Below, piece after piece: positions 1 through 10,424 of a stretch of 64,000 bases of DNA. Within the stretch, counting starts at the first letter, position 1. Every line of letters begins with the position of its first letter. The notes under the pieces were generated by a model. That model was not told where the DNA came from, searched no databases, and worked only from the letters and a program-made list of their open reading frames with translations. This stretch comes from Candidatus Hodarchaeota archaeon (GTDB lineage Archaea > Asgardarchaeota > Heimdallarchaeia > Hodarchaeales > Hodarchaeaceae), in contig JAEOTM010000143.1 of the NCBI GenBank assembly GCA_016839815.1, positions 26,461 through 90,460 on the forward strand. Direction: 5' to 3'. Made by a program: the position numbers and the translations under genes.

Positions 1-452
1 ATCGGGTAAAGTTCAGAAATATGCTTATGATCAAATTCATCCCAATCGTCTGGAAGTAGTAATCTTTTCAGATTTGGATGGTTCGATACATGGATCCCGT
101 ATAAATCGAAAAGTTCCCTCTCGTGCCAATTAGCTGAAGCCCAGATAGATGTAATTGATGGTACTTCTGGATTATCACGATTTTCCAATTTGACATGTAT
201 TTGAATAACGGTTGAATCCCCATCCCACCTATCAATATGATATACAACTTCAAAATGGGTTTCCCAGTCAACTCCCGCAATTGATTCTAATGAGGGGAAA
301 TTCAATTCATTTGCAATAAAATTCATTATTTTTAATAAGTTTTCAGCTTCAACCTGTAATTTTAATCGATTGTTTTCAGGTATTTCAGCTTGAATCAGCT
401 TATCTCCAAGCACTTCTTTCAGTTGGGTAAGGTGAGATTGAGAATTTGACAT
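1..452 (-). CDS. nuoC: NADH:quinone oxidoreductase (complex I-like) subunit C, partial (runs off the left edge)
   Basis: Not in the ORF track. Hand translation from the ATG at 452 gives MSNSQSHL...SIAGVDW...FEVVYH...PSITSIWASANWHERELFDLYGIHVSNHPNLKRLLLPDDW, the NuoC signature. Lies directly downstream of nuoB. Confidence 0.9.
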   Translation of the reverse strand, partial: MSNSQSHLTQLKEVLGDKLIQAEIPENNRLKLQVEAENLLKIMNFIANELNFPSLESIAGVDWETHFEVVYHIDRWDGDSTVIQIHVKLENRDNPEVPSITSIWASANWHERELFDLYGIHVSNHPNLKRLLLPDDWDEFDHKHISELYP

Positions 453-454
453 AA

Positions 455-1081
455 TCACTCGTCCTTTTGTGGTTTAGCAATACGAATTCTGTGATCAACA
501 GGTGCAGGAGTACGATCATAAAATTCAGGTACTTCATCAAGTAATGGTTCTGGCACAAATATATTATCTTCTTTAATTTTTTCTTGCAACCGATGAAGTC
601 CAGCCCACATTGCTTCTGGACGAGGAGGACATCCAGGAACATAAACATCAACAGGAATAACTTGATCTACACCTTCTAGTATCGTAGGAGCTTGCCAAAA
701 AGGTCCACCACTAATTGCACATTCCCCTGTTGCAAGTACCCATTTCGGACTAGGCATTTGATCGTAAACGTCTCGCAATCTCGAAGCAAATTTAGTACTT
801 ACTGGTCCATTGATCCATAAAACGTCACAATGTCTCGGGCTAGCTCTGAATAAGACACCTATTCGCTGGGTATCATACCGTCCCGCTGCAGTAGCACCCA
901 TTTCAATTGCACAGCATTTCATTCCTAGATACACTGGATATAGACTGCATCGTTGGGCCCAATTTCTCAACCAATTTGCGACAACCGTAACAAAACCACG
1001 GGATTTTGTCAAGACAACATTAGGCATTGGTTCATAGATTTCGAGCTCTCCGAGAGCTTTTAATTCATCATACTTGGCCAT
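455..1081 (-). CDS. nuoB: NADH:quinone oxidoreductase subunit B (N2 4Fe-4S, PSST-like)
   Basis: CCAIEM tandem cysteines, RASPRHCD, GECA..GG, DVYVPGCPPRPE. Confidence 0.93.
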   Translation of the reverse strand: MAKYDELKALGELEIYEPMPNVVLTKSRGFVTVVANWLRNWAQRCSLYPVYLGMKCCAIEMGATAAGRYDTQRIGVLFRASPRHCDVLWINGPVSTKFASRLRDVYDQMPSPKWVLATGECAISGGPFWQAPTILEGVDQVIPVDVYVPGCPPRPEAMWAGLHRLQEKIKEDNIFVPEPLLDEVPEFYDRTPAPVDHRIRIAKPQKDE

Positions 1082-1084
1082 TGT

Positions 1085-1453
1085 TCACACCCACGATAAG
1101 GTTCCTTTTTTTATCCAGAAAAATACGCCAAAGAGTATTAAGGCTGAGAAAATTCCCATAACGATTAGAAGAGGAGTTAAGTCCGTGACCAAACGAAATG
1201 AGTATGCCCAGAGTAAAAAGAGTATTGTGAGAATATCAAAGACGACAAAAACTACTGCAAAAGTAAAAAATTGAACATTGAATCTAACTTGAGCTGACCC
1301 AATCGGTTTTTCCCCACATTCGTATGTAGTTGATGCTTGCCGTAATCGTGGAATGCTTGGGGCCAATAGATACTGTATCAGTTTAATGGCAATGGGGCTA
1401 GCTAATCCTGCAATTAAAAAAAGTCCTAAATGAGTCATTTCTAATTCAAACAT
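1085..1453 (-). CDS. nuoA: NADH:quinone oxidoreductase subunit A
   Basis: Three TM helices, YECGE loop, FVVFD, C-terminal KKGTLSW. Confidence 0.92.
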   Translation of the reverse strand: MFELEMTHLGLFLIAGLASPIAIKLIQYLLAPSIPRLRQASTTYECGEKPIGSAQVRFNVQFFTFAVVFVVFDILTILFLLWAYSFRLVTDLTPLLIVMGIFSALILFGVFFWIKKGTLSWV

Positions 1454-1740
1454 CTTTATCTCACATTATTATTGAATCAAAATTTGTAATAATTCTCTAT
1501 TTCTGATCAATGAAGAAAATCCATGCTTTTTGTGAAAAGCTGGTTTCCGAGGTGTTGATTTTTTTCTAGATCGGCGTTTTCCCTTCAAACACCCTATTTA
1601 TTAATATCTTTCTCGAAATGAATAAAAAGTAAACAATAATTAACTATTCCGTCACGCTTGTGTAATTAGGATTCAACTTGTAAACAGTGTAAACACATCA
1701 TTTTATTGATCTAGTAATAAAGGCTCTTCATGATGTTAGA

Positions 1741-3180
1741 GTGAAAATTCTTCTTGTTGTACCCCCATCAATTCAGGAGAAAACAATTTCAAAATATCAA
1801 CTTGCTTTCCTTAACTTTACTGCACCACCACTTGGATTAGGGTACATTGCTGCGGTTTTAGAAGAACAGGGTTATTCTAATATTAAGATCCTTGATTCAC
1901 AGGTATATAACTTAACCCCAGATGACTATCGCAGGTATCTAAAGCGTTATCACCCTGATTTCGTAGGTATCCAGACACTTACACCAAATTTTATGGATGC
2001 TTTAAACGCAGCGCGGATAGCAAAAGAAGAAAATGTACCAATTGTTGCTCTTGGAGGTTATCATCCGACCGCAATGCCTGATGAAAGTCTTTTACTTGGG
2101 AAAGAAAAAGTAGACCTGATCTTTCGGGGTGAGGCTGAATACTCTATGTTAGAATTCCTTCAAAAGTACGAACATGGTAATGATTGGTCAAATATTAAAG
2201 GAATATCCTTTTTGACTGATACACCTCAACATAATCCACCTGCACCCCTAATTAAAGACTTAGATTCCTTACCATTACCTGCACGGCATTTACTTCCCAT
2301 GGATAAATATAAAATCTTTGGATCGGCCTTCCCAGCTACTTCAATTATCACAAGCCGAGGGTGCCCATATTCATGTGATTTTTGTAGCGTATCAGCTTTT
2401 TATGGAGCTAAATGGCGTCCAAGATCTCCAGAGAAAATCGCGGAAGAAGTACGATTCTTAAGAGAACAAATGGATATTAAGGCGACAGCATTTGTTGATG
2501 ACCTGTTTTTCATCTCAAACAAACGAGTAAAAAAACTCTCACTTGCTCTTTCACAAATTGACGATATTTACTGGGGAGCTACAACTCGTGCTGATAGGGG
2601 AGATCTTGAATTATTGACTCTAATGCGAAGAGCTGGTTGTCGATTAGTTTTTGTAGGAGTAGAATCTGGAAATCAAGCAATCCTTGATCAAATTCACAAA
2701 AAAACCACATTAAACCAGATAGAACAATATTTTGATAATATTAAGAAATCTCGGATGGATTCTCTTGCATCTGTCTCGTTTGGATTCCCAGGGGAGACAA
2801 AAGAGACCATATCTTCAACTGTGGATTGGATTATTGATAGACTTGATCCTTCACTAGCACTATTCACGCTAGCTACCCCTTATCCTGGAACTGAATTTTA
2901 TGAGAAGATGCTTGCAGAAGGAAGGATAAAGGAACAAGATTATTCTAAATATAATCTCTTCTATCCAATCACAGAATTATCTGGTTTAACAAGAGATGAG
3001 ATGAAAACACTAACAAAAAACGCCTACAAACGATTTTATATGCGTCCACGGAAAATATTGCAAAATACAGTCCGTGAATTAAGATATTCCATGGAAAGTT
3101 ACGGATTTAGTCAATTTCTTTACAATAGTCAGGTCTTTGCAAAAGGTATTATCAATATGAAAATACTAACATCCATGTAA
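1741..3180 (+). CDS. B12-binding domain / radical SAM protein (class B methyltransferase-like)
   Basis: N-terminal PPLGLGYIAA and GGYHPT (cobalamin-binding domain); SRGCPYSCDFC (CxxxCxxC); GVESG; TPYPGT. Confidence 0.9.
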   Translation: MKILLVVPPSIQEKTISKYQLAFLNFTAPPLGLGYIAAVLEEQGYSNIKILDSQVYNLTPDDYRRYLKRYHPDFVGIQTLTPNFMDALNAARIAKEENVPIVALGGYHPTAMPDESLLLGKEKVDLIFRGEAEYSMLEFLQKYEHGNDWSNIKGISFLTDTPQHNPPAPLIKDLDSLPLPARHLLPMDKYKIFGSAFPATSIITSRGCPYSCDFCSVSAFYGAKWRPRSPEKIAEEVRFLREQMDIKATAFVDDLFFISNKRVKKLSLALSQIDDIYWGATTRADRGDLELLTLMRRAGCRLVFVGVESGNQAILDQIHKKTTLNQIEQYFDNIKKSRMDSLASVSFGFPGETKETISSTVDWIIDRLDPSLALFTLATPYPGTEFYEKMLAEGRIKEQDYSKYNLFYPITELSGLTRDEMKTLTKNAYKRFYMRPRKILQNTVRELRYSMESYGFSQFLYNSQVFAKGIINMKILTSM

Positions 3181-3185
3181 AGATC

Positions 3186-3431
3186 TCAAAGATAGTTTTT
3201 CCCTTCTGCAGTTATTGCATAGGATATAGGCTTTGTGTTCAGTTTTTTAATGAAACCTTCATCTTCTAAGTGTTGAACAGAAAGGTTAAACGCAGAATCT
3301 TCCACATTAATTCCCATACTCTTGTTCATTTCCTGAAGCAATCCCTTAACTAGTAATATGGGGATATCCCTTTGCTCTGCAATTATTTCCAATATTGTAA
3401 TTGATAGATTTGATAGTTCTCTTTCAGTCAC
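3186..3431 (-). CDS. small winged-helix protein
   Basis: 81 aa with a helix pattern and wing end LEDEGFIKK...YAITAEGK, typical of PadR/MarR-like wHTH. Confidence 0.6.
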   Translation of the reverse strand: MTERELSNLSITILEIIAEQRDIPILLVKGLLQEMNKSMGINVEDSAFNLSVQHLEDEGFIKKLNTKPISYAITAEGKNYL

Positions 3432-3603
3432 TTAGATTCATCCTTGTTTTGGGGAGGTAGGTCACTTCCAAGTTAACAAATTAAGACATTTGTTCCGCAT
3501 TTACACAGCTTGTTTGCTTAATATAAAAAACAATAAAAGGTTATAAGGAAATATTCATACGAGCTTCCAAGAACTTCAAGCTGCAAAACAGAGGTGATTT
3601 TGG

Positions 3604-4191
3604 TTGAAGGACATAAAAAGTTTAATTATCAAAGCAAAAGCCTTAAAGCAAGATAAACAGGTTTCAGAAGCAATAGGTATTCTTAACCAAGCCCACGAGA
3701 TTGGAATTGCAAATAATGAAGTTGAAAATCTTGTGGATATTCATAATCAGTTAATGTTACTCCATTATCAGAATAATGATTCTGAATCCTTTCAAAAATC
3801 CTTCAAATTTGCACGGACTTTAGCAGCTAGAATTAATTATAATAAAGGTCTTGTAGAAAGCTATATGAATAAAGCATGGATCGAAACCGATAATAAAAAC
3901 TTTATTGAAGCCATAACACATGCATCTCAAGCTTTAGCGATTGATGAAATCTTAGAAAGTGCAACTGCCTTTACAACAGCCTTGTATATCATTTCTGAAG
4001 CCAATTATAGTGTAGGAGACAATGTGAAGGGGGATAAATACAAACAGCTTTACCAACAAAAATTAATGAAGTTAACCGAGAGCGAGGAACAGGTACTCAA
4101 AAGCATCGAAGGCTTATCTGTTGGTATGACCAAGGAAGAAGATTTGGACTCACGCGTTAAACAGGCTTTACAAGAATTAGATTCCTTTTAA
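3604..4191 (+). CDS. TPR-like helical repeat protein
   Basis: Repeated A..Y/F..A...A helix pairs (EAIGILNQA, EAITHASQALAI); GAGGTG Shine-Dalgarno upstream of the TTG start. Confidence 0.6.
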   Translation: MKDIKSLIIKAKALKQDKQVSEAIGILNQAHEIGIANNEVENLVDIHNQLMLLHYQNNDSESFQKSFKFARTLAARINYNKGLVESYMNKAWIETDNKNFIEAITHASQALAIDEILESATAFTTALYIISEANYSVGDNVKGDKYKQLYQQKLMKLTESEEQVLKSIEGLSVGMTKEEDLDSRVKQALQELDSF

Positions 4192-4271
4192 TTTCTCCTG
4201 CAAGTTGATCTTCTGCATGGAGCAATGCTCAGATCTGTTATCATGCAGTGTAGTACCTATGAGGTACCTCC

Positions 4272-5453
4272 GTGGATTCTAGTTACTCTATTGTACCAAA
4301 AAGTGAAATCGAACACAGACTTGCACGAGTAAAAGAAGTTCTATCCACACTCGATTTATCTGGACTTCTTTTATTCTCGAATGTCGAAATGTTTTACTAT
4401 TCAGGAATAGGGCTGGAGGGTGCAGTATATATTCCTCAAGATGGAGAACCAATCCATTTAGTAAAACGAAATAAAAAATTAGCAAAAGAATATTCTTCAA
4501 TTCCTAACATTATACATTTAGATCGTTTATCTCAGATCTATAGTATTCTAAATATCAGTACTGAAGCTAAACTTGGAGTCGAGCTGGATTTTCTTCCTTT
4601 TTCATATGTTAAATACCTTGAATCCCTAAAGGAAGGTATAATCCTAGAGAATTTTAGTTCCCGATTGCGATTACTACGAGCATTAAAATCTCAGTTCGAA
4701 ATATCTCAAATAGAAAAAGCCGCAAACGTGGTTGATCGATCATTTGAACACTGTGCTGAAATAGCAGCACCTGAAATGACAGAAATCGAATTAGCAGCAA
4801 AATTGGATAAATGGTTACTTGATAATGGACATCATGGATATATCACTACACATGCGTTCAACTCAGCATTATTAAATTTCTCCTATGTGATTTCTAAATC
4901 ATCTTCAACCCTCAATATTCATTTTACACCAATATCGGGTTGGGGGTTATCATTAAAGTATCCGTACGGACCATCAAAGAAAAAAATTGGTACATCTCCA
5001 TTCTTTGTTGATACGTGTGGGAATCATAATGGATATATTTCTGACACAACCCGAACTTTTTCTCTTGGACGACTTGATACTGAAACAAAAAATCAAATTG
5101 ACGCTTTACAACAAATAAAACACTATTTAAAGAAAAATCTACGCCCAAGCGTAAGCTTAGGAGAAGTTTATGCTAATGTAATGAGTTTGGCTAAAGAATT
5201 GGGGATTAGTAACAATTTTATGGGAGAAAACGGGGATAAAGTGAAATTTCTTGGTCATGGAGTCGGTTTAGAGCTAGATGAACTACCTATACTGTATGCA
5301 AAAGGAAACCAAGCGGAAAAAGGTAATGTTCTCGCTTGTGAACCGAAATTTATTGAGAAAGGACAAAAAGTCTTGGGGATTGAAGATACATACGCAATCA
5401 CTAAATCTGGAGTTAAATTATTGTCACACTCTCCGGATTATTTTCAAATATAG
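4272..5453 (+). CDS. Xaa-Pro peptidase family (M24)
   Basis: Creatinase-like N-domain; DTCG..GYISDTTRT, GHGVGLELDE, EPK and GIEDT metal ligands. Confidence 0.9.
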   Translation: MDSSYSIVPKSEIEHRLARVKEVLSTLDLSGLLLFSNVEMFYYSGIGLEGAVYIPQDGEPIHLVKRNKKLAKEYSSIPNIIHLDRLSQIYSILNISTEAKLGVELDFLPFSYVKYLESLKEGIILENFSSRLRLLRALKSQFEISQIEKAANVVDRSFEHCAEIAAPEMTEIELAAKLDKWLLDNGHHGYITTHAFNSALLNFSYVISKSSSTLNIHFTPISGWGLSLKYPYGPSKKKIGTSPFFVDTCGNHNGYISDTTRTFSLGRLDTETKNQIDALQQIKHYLKKNLRPSVSLGEVYANVMSLAKELGISNNFMGENGDKVKFLGHGVGLELDELPILYAKGNQAEKGNVLACEPKFIEKGQKVLGIEDTYAITKSGVKLLSHSPDYFQI

Positions 5454-5464
5454 AGGTTTAACAA

Positions 5465-6742
5465 ATGGAAGACACCCAAAACTCGCTCAAATCAATTTTT
5501 TTTGATCTGTACTTGAATCCTAACTTATTAATGATCGCTTTTTACCAAATAATAGCTACTGGAGCTTTCACTGCGCAACAACTATTATTAGCAGCATACT
5601 TGGACGACCTTGGATATTTAGAAACTCATAGTCTAGAGAGTGGATTGGTTCTCGCAGTGTACTTTGTGTTTTGGTTCATCTTAGGGCCAATCAGTGGGTC
5701 TCTTAGTGATCTTCATGGAAGGAAATTTCTAATAATTTCTGCAAATATTGTCAGTGGTTTGGGATTTATTGGCCTCGTACTATTTCAAGACTTATTGTTC
5801 CTTTTCATGGTAAATGGGATCTTGGGAATAGGAGCTGCCTTACGTATCGGCTCAGTTATGGCCTTATGGGTTCAACACAGTCCAAAAGATCGTATAGGAG
5901 AATCAATGGCTTATATTAATATTATTTTAGGAGTAGGAGGAATAGGAACAACAATTATTGGCTTTCTCCTCTGGACAGAGGTGAAAGAAGCCTCATTTAT
6001 AGTATTTGGGCCTTTATTGCTCATTGCAGCGGTGTTAATCTTTCCTATTTCTGATGAGGGTGAATACATCCCATTTTCATTTATAGGCACAATTGATATG
6101 GTAAGAACAATGGTTAACTCAAAAAAGGCCGATAATTTTTTTCTCTCTCCCCCAATACTTAAACTTGGGATCCATTGGTTAGCTATATCAGCAATCGTTT
6201 CTTTTGGCACATTTTTAATTCCTATACTTGACAGAATATTAGAGGAATTACCCTCAGATGTTGAGATTCCAGTAGTTCCAATATTAATTATTGGTATGGC
6301 TGTCATAATTGCAACATTTACCGGATTACTTTTTTGGGGAAGAATTTCTGACAAGTGGGCAAGACGACCAGTTTTAGTAATTGGTTTTGGGAGTACAGCC
6401 ATATTAGTGGCTCTAATCTATTTAATATTCCAATTCGATCAAATTCCGGTTATATTAGATGGTCTTAATTCTGTAGATATTATTGTAGTCAGTTTTGTAG
6501 CTGTCTTGATAGTGTTACTCTTTTCAATGACTTCTCTCATTCCTGCTCCTATGGCTTGGATTGTGGACATTATGGGAAAAGAAAATATGGGGAAAGCCAT
6601 GTCATTGCGTCAAGCACTAATTGCTATTGGAACCATAATTGGAACTTCGATAGGAGGATTTGTCATCGGATCATATGCGATTCCAGGACTAATTCTGGTA
6701 ATATTACTCTTCTTATTGATCTCTGCAGTAATAATCGTGTAA
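5465..6742 (+). CDS. MFS transporter
   Basis: About 12 TM segments; motif A occurs twice (GSLSDLHGRK, GRISDKWARR). Confidence 0.88.
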   Translation: MEDTQNSLKSIFFDLYLNPNLLMIAFYQIIATGAFTAQQLLLAAYLDDLGYLETHSLESGLVLAVYFVFWFILGPISGSLSDLHGRKFLIISANIVSGLGFIGLVLFQDLLFLFMVNGILGIGAALRIGSVMALWVQHSPKDRIGESMAYINIILGVGGIGTTIIGFLLWTEVKEASFIVFGPLLLIAAVLIFPISDEGEYIPFSFIGTIDMVRTMVNSKKADNFFLSPPILKLGIHWLAISAIVSFGTFLIPILDRILEELPSDVEIPVVPILIIGMAVIIATFTGLLFWGRISDKWARRPVLVIGFGSTAILVALIYLIFQFDQIPVILDGLNSVDIIVVSFVAVLIVLLFSMTSLIPAPMAWIVDIMGKENMGKAMSLRQALIAIGTIIGTSIGGFVIGSYAIPGLILVILLFLLISAVIIV

Positions 6743-6808
6743 AATACAGTCAAAAAAAAAAGTATCTAATCAAAAATCATTAATATTGATCCTTAATCCA
6801 ATTTTTTT

Positions 6809-8194
6809 ATGGGACAATGGTTTGGAAGTTCAGGTGTTCGGGGTACCTTTGCTCAAATATCACCCGCATTTGGATTTAAATTAGGAACTGCAGTCGGAGA
6901 AACTTTTAAGCTAGATAAACCTGTGTATATTGCCTCTGATATTCGTGCTACAGGTGATCTTCTCAAATTTTGTTTTATGAGCGGATTTTCTAGTGTTTCT
7001 GGTAATATTATTGACATTGGATTGAATCCCACCCCTGTACTATCCTATATCTCGGATATCAAAAACACTTTAGGTATAATGATAACAGCTTCTCATAACC
7101 CCCCAGGAAACAACGGTTTTAAACTTTTTTGGAAAGGAGGGGAATGTAACGAATCCATTGAGGCACAAATCGAGGAAAAAATACGATCTTCTGTTATTCC
7201 GGAAACCTATTACTCGCCAAACCAATCAGAATGGGATTCGGTTGGTACTGGATCATTTGTTCTTCCAAAACCTATTGTTGACGACTATATTTCTCTATTA
7301 ATAAAAAAACTCACTATAAAGAATACTGATATCAAATTAGTCATTGATTGTGCTAATAATACTCCGAATCTTGTAACTCCTTTCACACTAAAGAGATTGG
7401 GGTTTAGAAATGTAATAGCGATCAATGAAACTTTGGACCCTACTTTTCCTGGAAGACCAAGTGAACCAACAGCTGAGAATTTACAGGACCTAATTTCCAG
7501 AGTTGTGGGTGAAAACGCAGATCTAGGAATTGCTCATGATGGCGATGGGGATCGATTCGCAATAATAGACGAAAAGGGTAATTTAATCAGAGCTACAACC
7601 CTCATTAATTTTTTTCTGGATCATCTGAATTATCCAAAGGCTAAAAACGGAATTGTTTATCTCACAAGTGATTGTACCAGTGAAGCTGCAAGTATCGCTG
7701 AAAATCATGGAGCAGTTGTAAAAGCCAGCCGTATTGGTAGAAATAGAGAACACGTGAATGAGGCTAGAGTAATCTTTCTTGCTGAACCGAATAAACTTGT
7801 ATTTCCTGAATTAGGAAAATGGATAGACGGTTTATATCCAGCATTAAAACTTCTCGAAATAGTAGGCACAGATAAATTGTCTACTGTCCTGAGCAGATAT
7901 GAAAAAAGAAAGACCTTAAGAAAAGCATTCAAATACAGTCAAAACGACAAAAGACAAATTCATGATTATATTCAGAATTTACCCTCATTGTGGTCGAAGC
8001 AAATTGAGAAGGTAATCAAGGTAGATGGTATGAAACTCTACCTAAAAGATAAATCAAGTATACTCATTAGGTTTTCAGGGACTGAACCCAAAGTAAAATT
8101 CTACATAGAATCTAATACTCACCCACGGAATGCAGAAATATTAACTCAATTAAAGTCGGAACTTCACCTCGAAGGCCAAGGATTAGACTGTTAA
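6809..8194 (+). CDS. alpha-D-phosphohexomutase superfamily, probable phosphopentomutase
   Basis: FGSSGVRG, TASHNP phosphoserine loop, DGDGDR metal loop, RFSGTEPK. Atypical sugar loop AEPNK. Adjacent to a nucleoside phosphorylase. Confidence 0.8.
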   Translation: MGQWFGSSGVRGTFAQISPAFGFKLGTAVGETFKLDKPVYIASDIRATGDLLKFCFMSGFSSVSGNIIDIGLNPTPVLSYISDIKNTLGIMITASHNPPGNNGFKLFWKGGECNESIEAQIEEKIRSSVIPETYYSPNQSEWDSVGTGSFVLPKPIVDDYISLLIKKLTIKNTDIKLVIDCANNTPNLVTPFTLKRLGFRNVIAINETLDPTFPGRPSEPTAENLQDLISRVVGENADLGIAHDGDGDRFAIIDEKGNLIRATTLINFFLDHLNYPKAKNGIVYLTSDCTSEAASIAENHGAVVKASRIGRNREHVNEARVIFLAEPNKLVFPELGKWIDGLYPALKLLEIVGTDKLSTVLSRYEKRKTLRKAFKYSQNDKRQIHDYIQNLPSLWSKQIEKVIKVDGMKLYLKDKSSILIRFSGTEPKVKFYIESNTHPRNAEILTQLKSELHLEGQGLDC

Positions 8195-8222
8195 TGTTTC
8201 TATTATACATAATTGAAGTGAA

Positions 8223-9098
8223 GTGATCATATTGAATGCTAAAAAAACTGGGAATATCAAAGGAGCAGATGTTGTTTCAGATAAAGTGGGAAGACAATAT
8301 CATATAGGACTGACTAAAGGTGAACTAGCTGAAAATATAATTCTAGTAGGAGATCCAGCAAGGCCGAACCTAGTAAAACATCTGTTTTCTGAAATTTATT
8401 TCGAAACACAAGTCAGAGAATTTCGTACAATTACTGGAAGAATCGAAGATACAGATATTTCTATAATGAGCACTGGGATCGGACCAAGTAATATTGAGAT
8501 TTCTATGGTTGAAATCATGCAAATATGTAAATCTCCTACCATTATTCGAGCAGGAAGTTGCGGAGGGTTACAACTCTACATAAATATTGGTGATCTGGTG
8601 ATATCCACTGGTTCAGTTCGTTTTGAAGATACCAGTTTGTATTTTATTCCCGAGGGTTATCCCGCTGTTGCAGATTGGGAGGTTATTTTAGCTCTAAGTG
8701 AAGCCGCAAGGAAGGAGAACTATACTTATCATATTGGCCTTTCAGCCTCAGGATCAGGATTTTACGGGGCCCAAGGGAGGGATATTCCAAGATTACCTGT
8801 GAAGAATCCAAACGCTATAAATTATCTAACGCAAGTAAAAGTATTAAATTTTGAAATGGAAGCTTCTACACTTTTTAATTTAGCCCAAATTTTCGGTTTT
8901 CGATCTGGTATGGTCTGCTCCGTGTTTGCGAATCGGATTACAAGTGAATTTATTACAAATGAATCTAAACATGATGCCGAAATCAACTGTGTAAAGACTG
9001 CGATTAGTGGATTAAAAGTCCTTGAACAGATGGATAAAGTCAAAAAACATCAGAAGGTGAATTACTGGTCACCAGCAATGAAAATTTCAAACCCCTAG
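8223..9098 (+). CDS. udp: uridine/nucleoside phosphorylase (PNP_UDP_1)
   Basis: QYHI, VGDPAR, REF, STGIG, RAGSCG, FEME. Confidence 0.85.
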   Translation: MIILNAKKTGNIKGADVVSDKVGRQYHIGLTKGELAENIILVGDPARPNLVKHLFSEIYFETQVREFRTITGRIEDTDISIMSTGIGPSNIEISMVEIMQICKSPTIIRAGSCGGLQLYINIGDLVISTGSVRFEDTSLYFIPEGYPAVADWEVILALSEAARKENYTYHIGLSASGSGFYGAQGRDIPRLPVKNPNAINYLTQVKVLNFEMEASTLFNLAQIFGFRSGMVCSVFANRITSEFITNESKHDAEINCVKTAISGLKVLEQMDKVKKHQKVNYWSPAMKISNP

Positions 9099-9117
9099 TC
9101 AATAAAGGTAATATCAA

Positions 9118-10077
9118 ATGAGTTTACAACGTGTTTTCTGTTTAGGTCATATTTCGGTTGATGTTTTCATCCATAGAAAAGATTTAAAAGCTCTTAAAAT
9201 CGGAGGGTGTATTTCATCACCGAATTTGTCCATGCAAGGTGGTGGGGTCGCAGCCAATGTATCTTATTGGCTTGGGACTCTTGGTACCAATGTTTCAATG
9301 ATAGGAGTAATTGCAGATGATCCTGCTGGCTTCTTTTTGAAAAAGGATCTTGAAAGAGTTAATGTAAAATGTTACCTGAAAACTTCAACTAAGAATCCAT
9401 CTGCAAGTATTCTAATAGTTGTTGAAGATGGAGGGGAACGATCTTTCATAATCAACGGGGATTGTTTAGACGAGTTAACAATGAACGACATTCCCTTAAG
9501 AGAGATTCAGGGAGGAAATCTATTGTACACCTCTGCATACAATATAGAAAATTCTCCCATTGATCAAACAATTTCTGAATTAGTAGAAAAATCTAAAACA
9601 TCGAATCCTTTGTCTTTCGAGGTAATTTTTAATTTAGCAGCCTATACAACGGTAGAGAATTATAGAGAAAAAATCAGATCAAAAATTCTACCTTATATTG
9701 ACATTCTACTTGGAAATCTTGAAGAGTATGAAATACTCTTAATGAAATCTAACAAGAGAGAATCACCCCTTCGATTATTATCGGAGCTCATAGAAGATTT
9801 TCCAAACATTAAGATTGCATTACTTACTGATGGTGAGAAAGGATGCTACTATAAATCAAAAGAAGACGATGGACACATTCTAGCACCGAAAATCTCTGTA
9901 GTCGATACTACAGGAGCTGGAGATGGATTTGCTGCAGGTTTCATTAGTGGATATGTAAAGGGCTTTCCTCTAACCCAATCAATAAAGAATGGCATTGAAC
10001 TAGGGTCGTATATATGCCGAGGATTTGGTGCAAGACACGATTCAACCAATTTTCATAGATTTTTAAAGAAAAAATGA
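9118..10077 (+). CDS. PfkB/ribokinase family carbohydrate kinase
   Basis: GGGVAANV, GERSF, DTTGAGDGFAAGF. Confidence 0.9.
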   Translation: MSLQRVFCLGHISVDVFIHRKDLKALKIGGCISSPNLSMQGGGVAANVSYWLGTLGTNVSMIGVIADDPAGFFLKKDLERVNVKCYLKTSTKNPSASILIVVEDGGERSFIINGDCLDELTMNDIPLREIQGGNLLYTSAYNIENSPIDQTISELVEKSKTSNPLSFEVIFNLAAYTTVENYREKIRSKILPYIDILLGNLEEYEILLMKSNKRESPLRLLSELIEDFPNIKIALLTDGEKGCYYKSKEDDGHILAPKISVVDTTGAGDGFAAGFISGYVKGFPLTQSIKNGIELGSYICRGFGARHDSTNFHRFLKKK

Positions 10078-10310
10078 TTATATTTGACGAAAATATTTCT
10101 GGCTTCTGTTATTTCCATAAAAGTGTGGGATTTTAGAATAAATCAATCGAATAACAAAATCTCATGATTCTCTCTGCGAATACGGATTTTTCATTAGAGA
10201 ATTGACAGTTTATCTTGATATGGTAACTGTGAAATTTTAATTGTAACGATTTATGAAAGTAAAATATAATCCGAAATACTTATAGACGTTGCGAAATTCG
10301 AAATTATCAG

Positions 10311-10340
10311 ATTTTTACCCCCGTTTACCTTGGTAAAAAT
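10311..10340. promoter_or_regulatory. perfect 9-bp inverted repeat, candidate operator upstream of the nucleoside ABC operon
   Basis: ATTTTTACC-N12-GGTAAAAAT, about 85 bp upstream of the BMP gene. Confidence 0.3.
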
Positions 10341-10424
10341 TCAATCTATTGTATCTATCATAACTATTTCTTCTAGGAAATAGGATGATACAATCTAGTA
10401 TAAAAAATTAATAGAGGTATTTAG

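Noticed and set aside
68-651. ORF-track calls 68..280 and 400..651
   Set aside because: Out-of-frame overlaps with nuoC and nuoB; the real nuoC frame starts at 452 and runs off the window.
1-1453. Group 4 [NiFe]-hydrogenase
   Set aside because: The nuoA-B-C order and tandem CC in subunit B fit complex I-like enzymes. The decisive D subunit is outside the window, so this is not fully excluded.
5911-6402. 163-aa minus ORF, and similar ORFs opposite membrane proteins (13674, 14763, 15174, 59274, 60279)
   Set aside because: Antisense to well-supported transporter genes; no motifs of their own.
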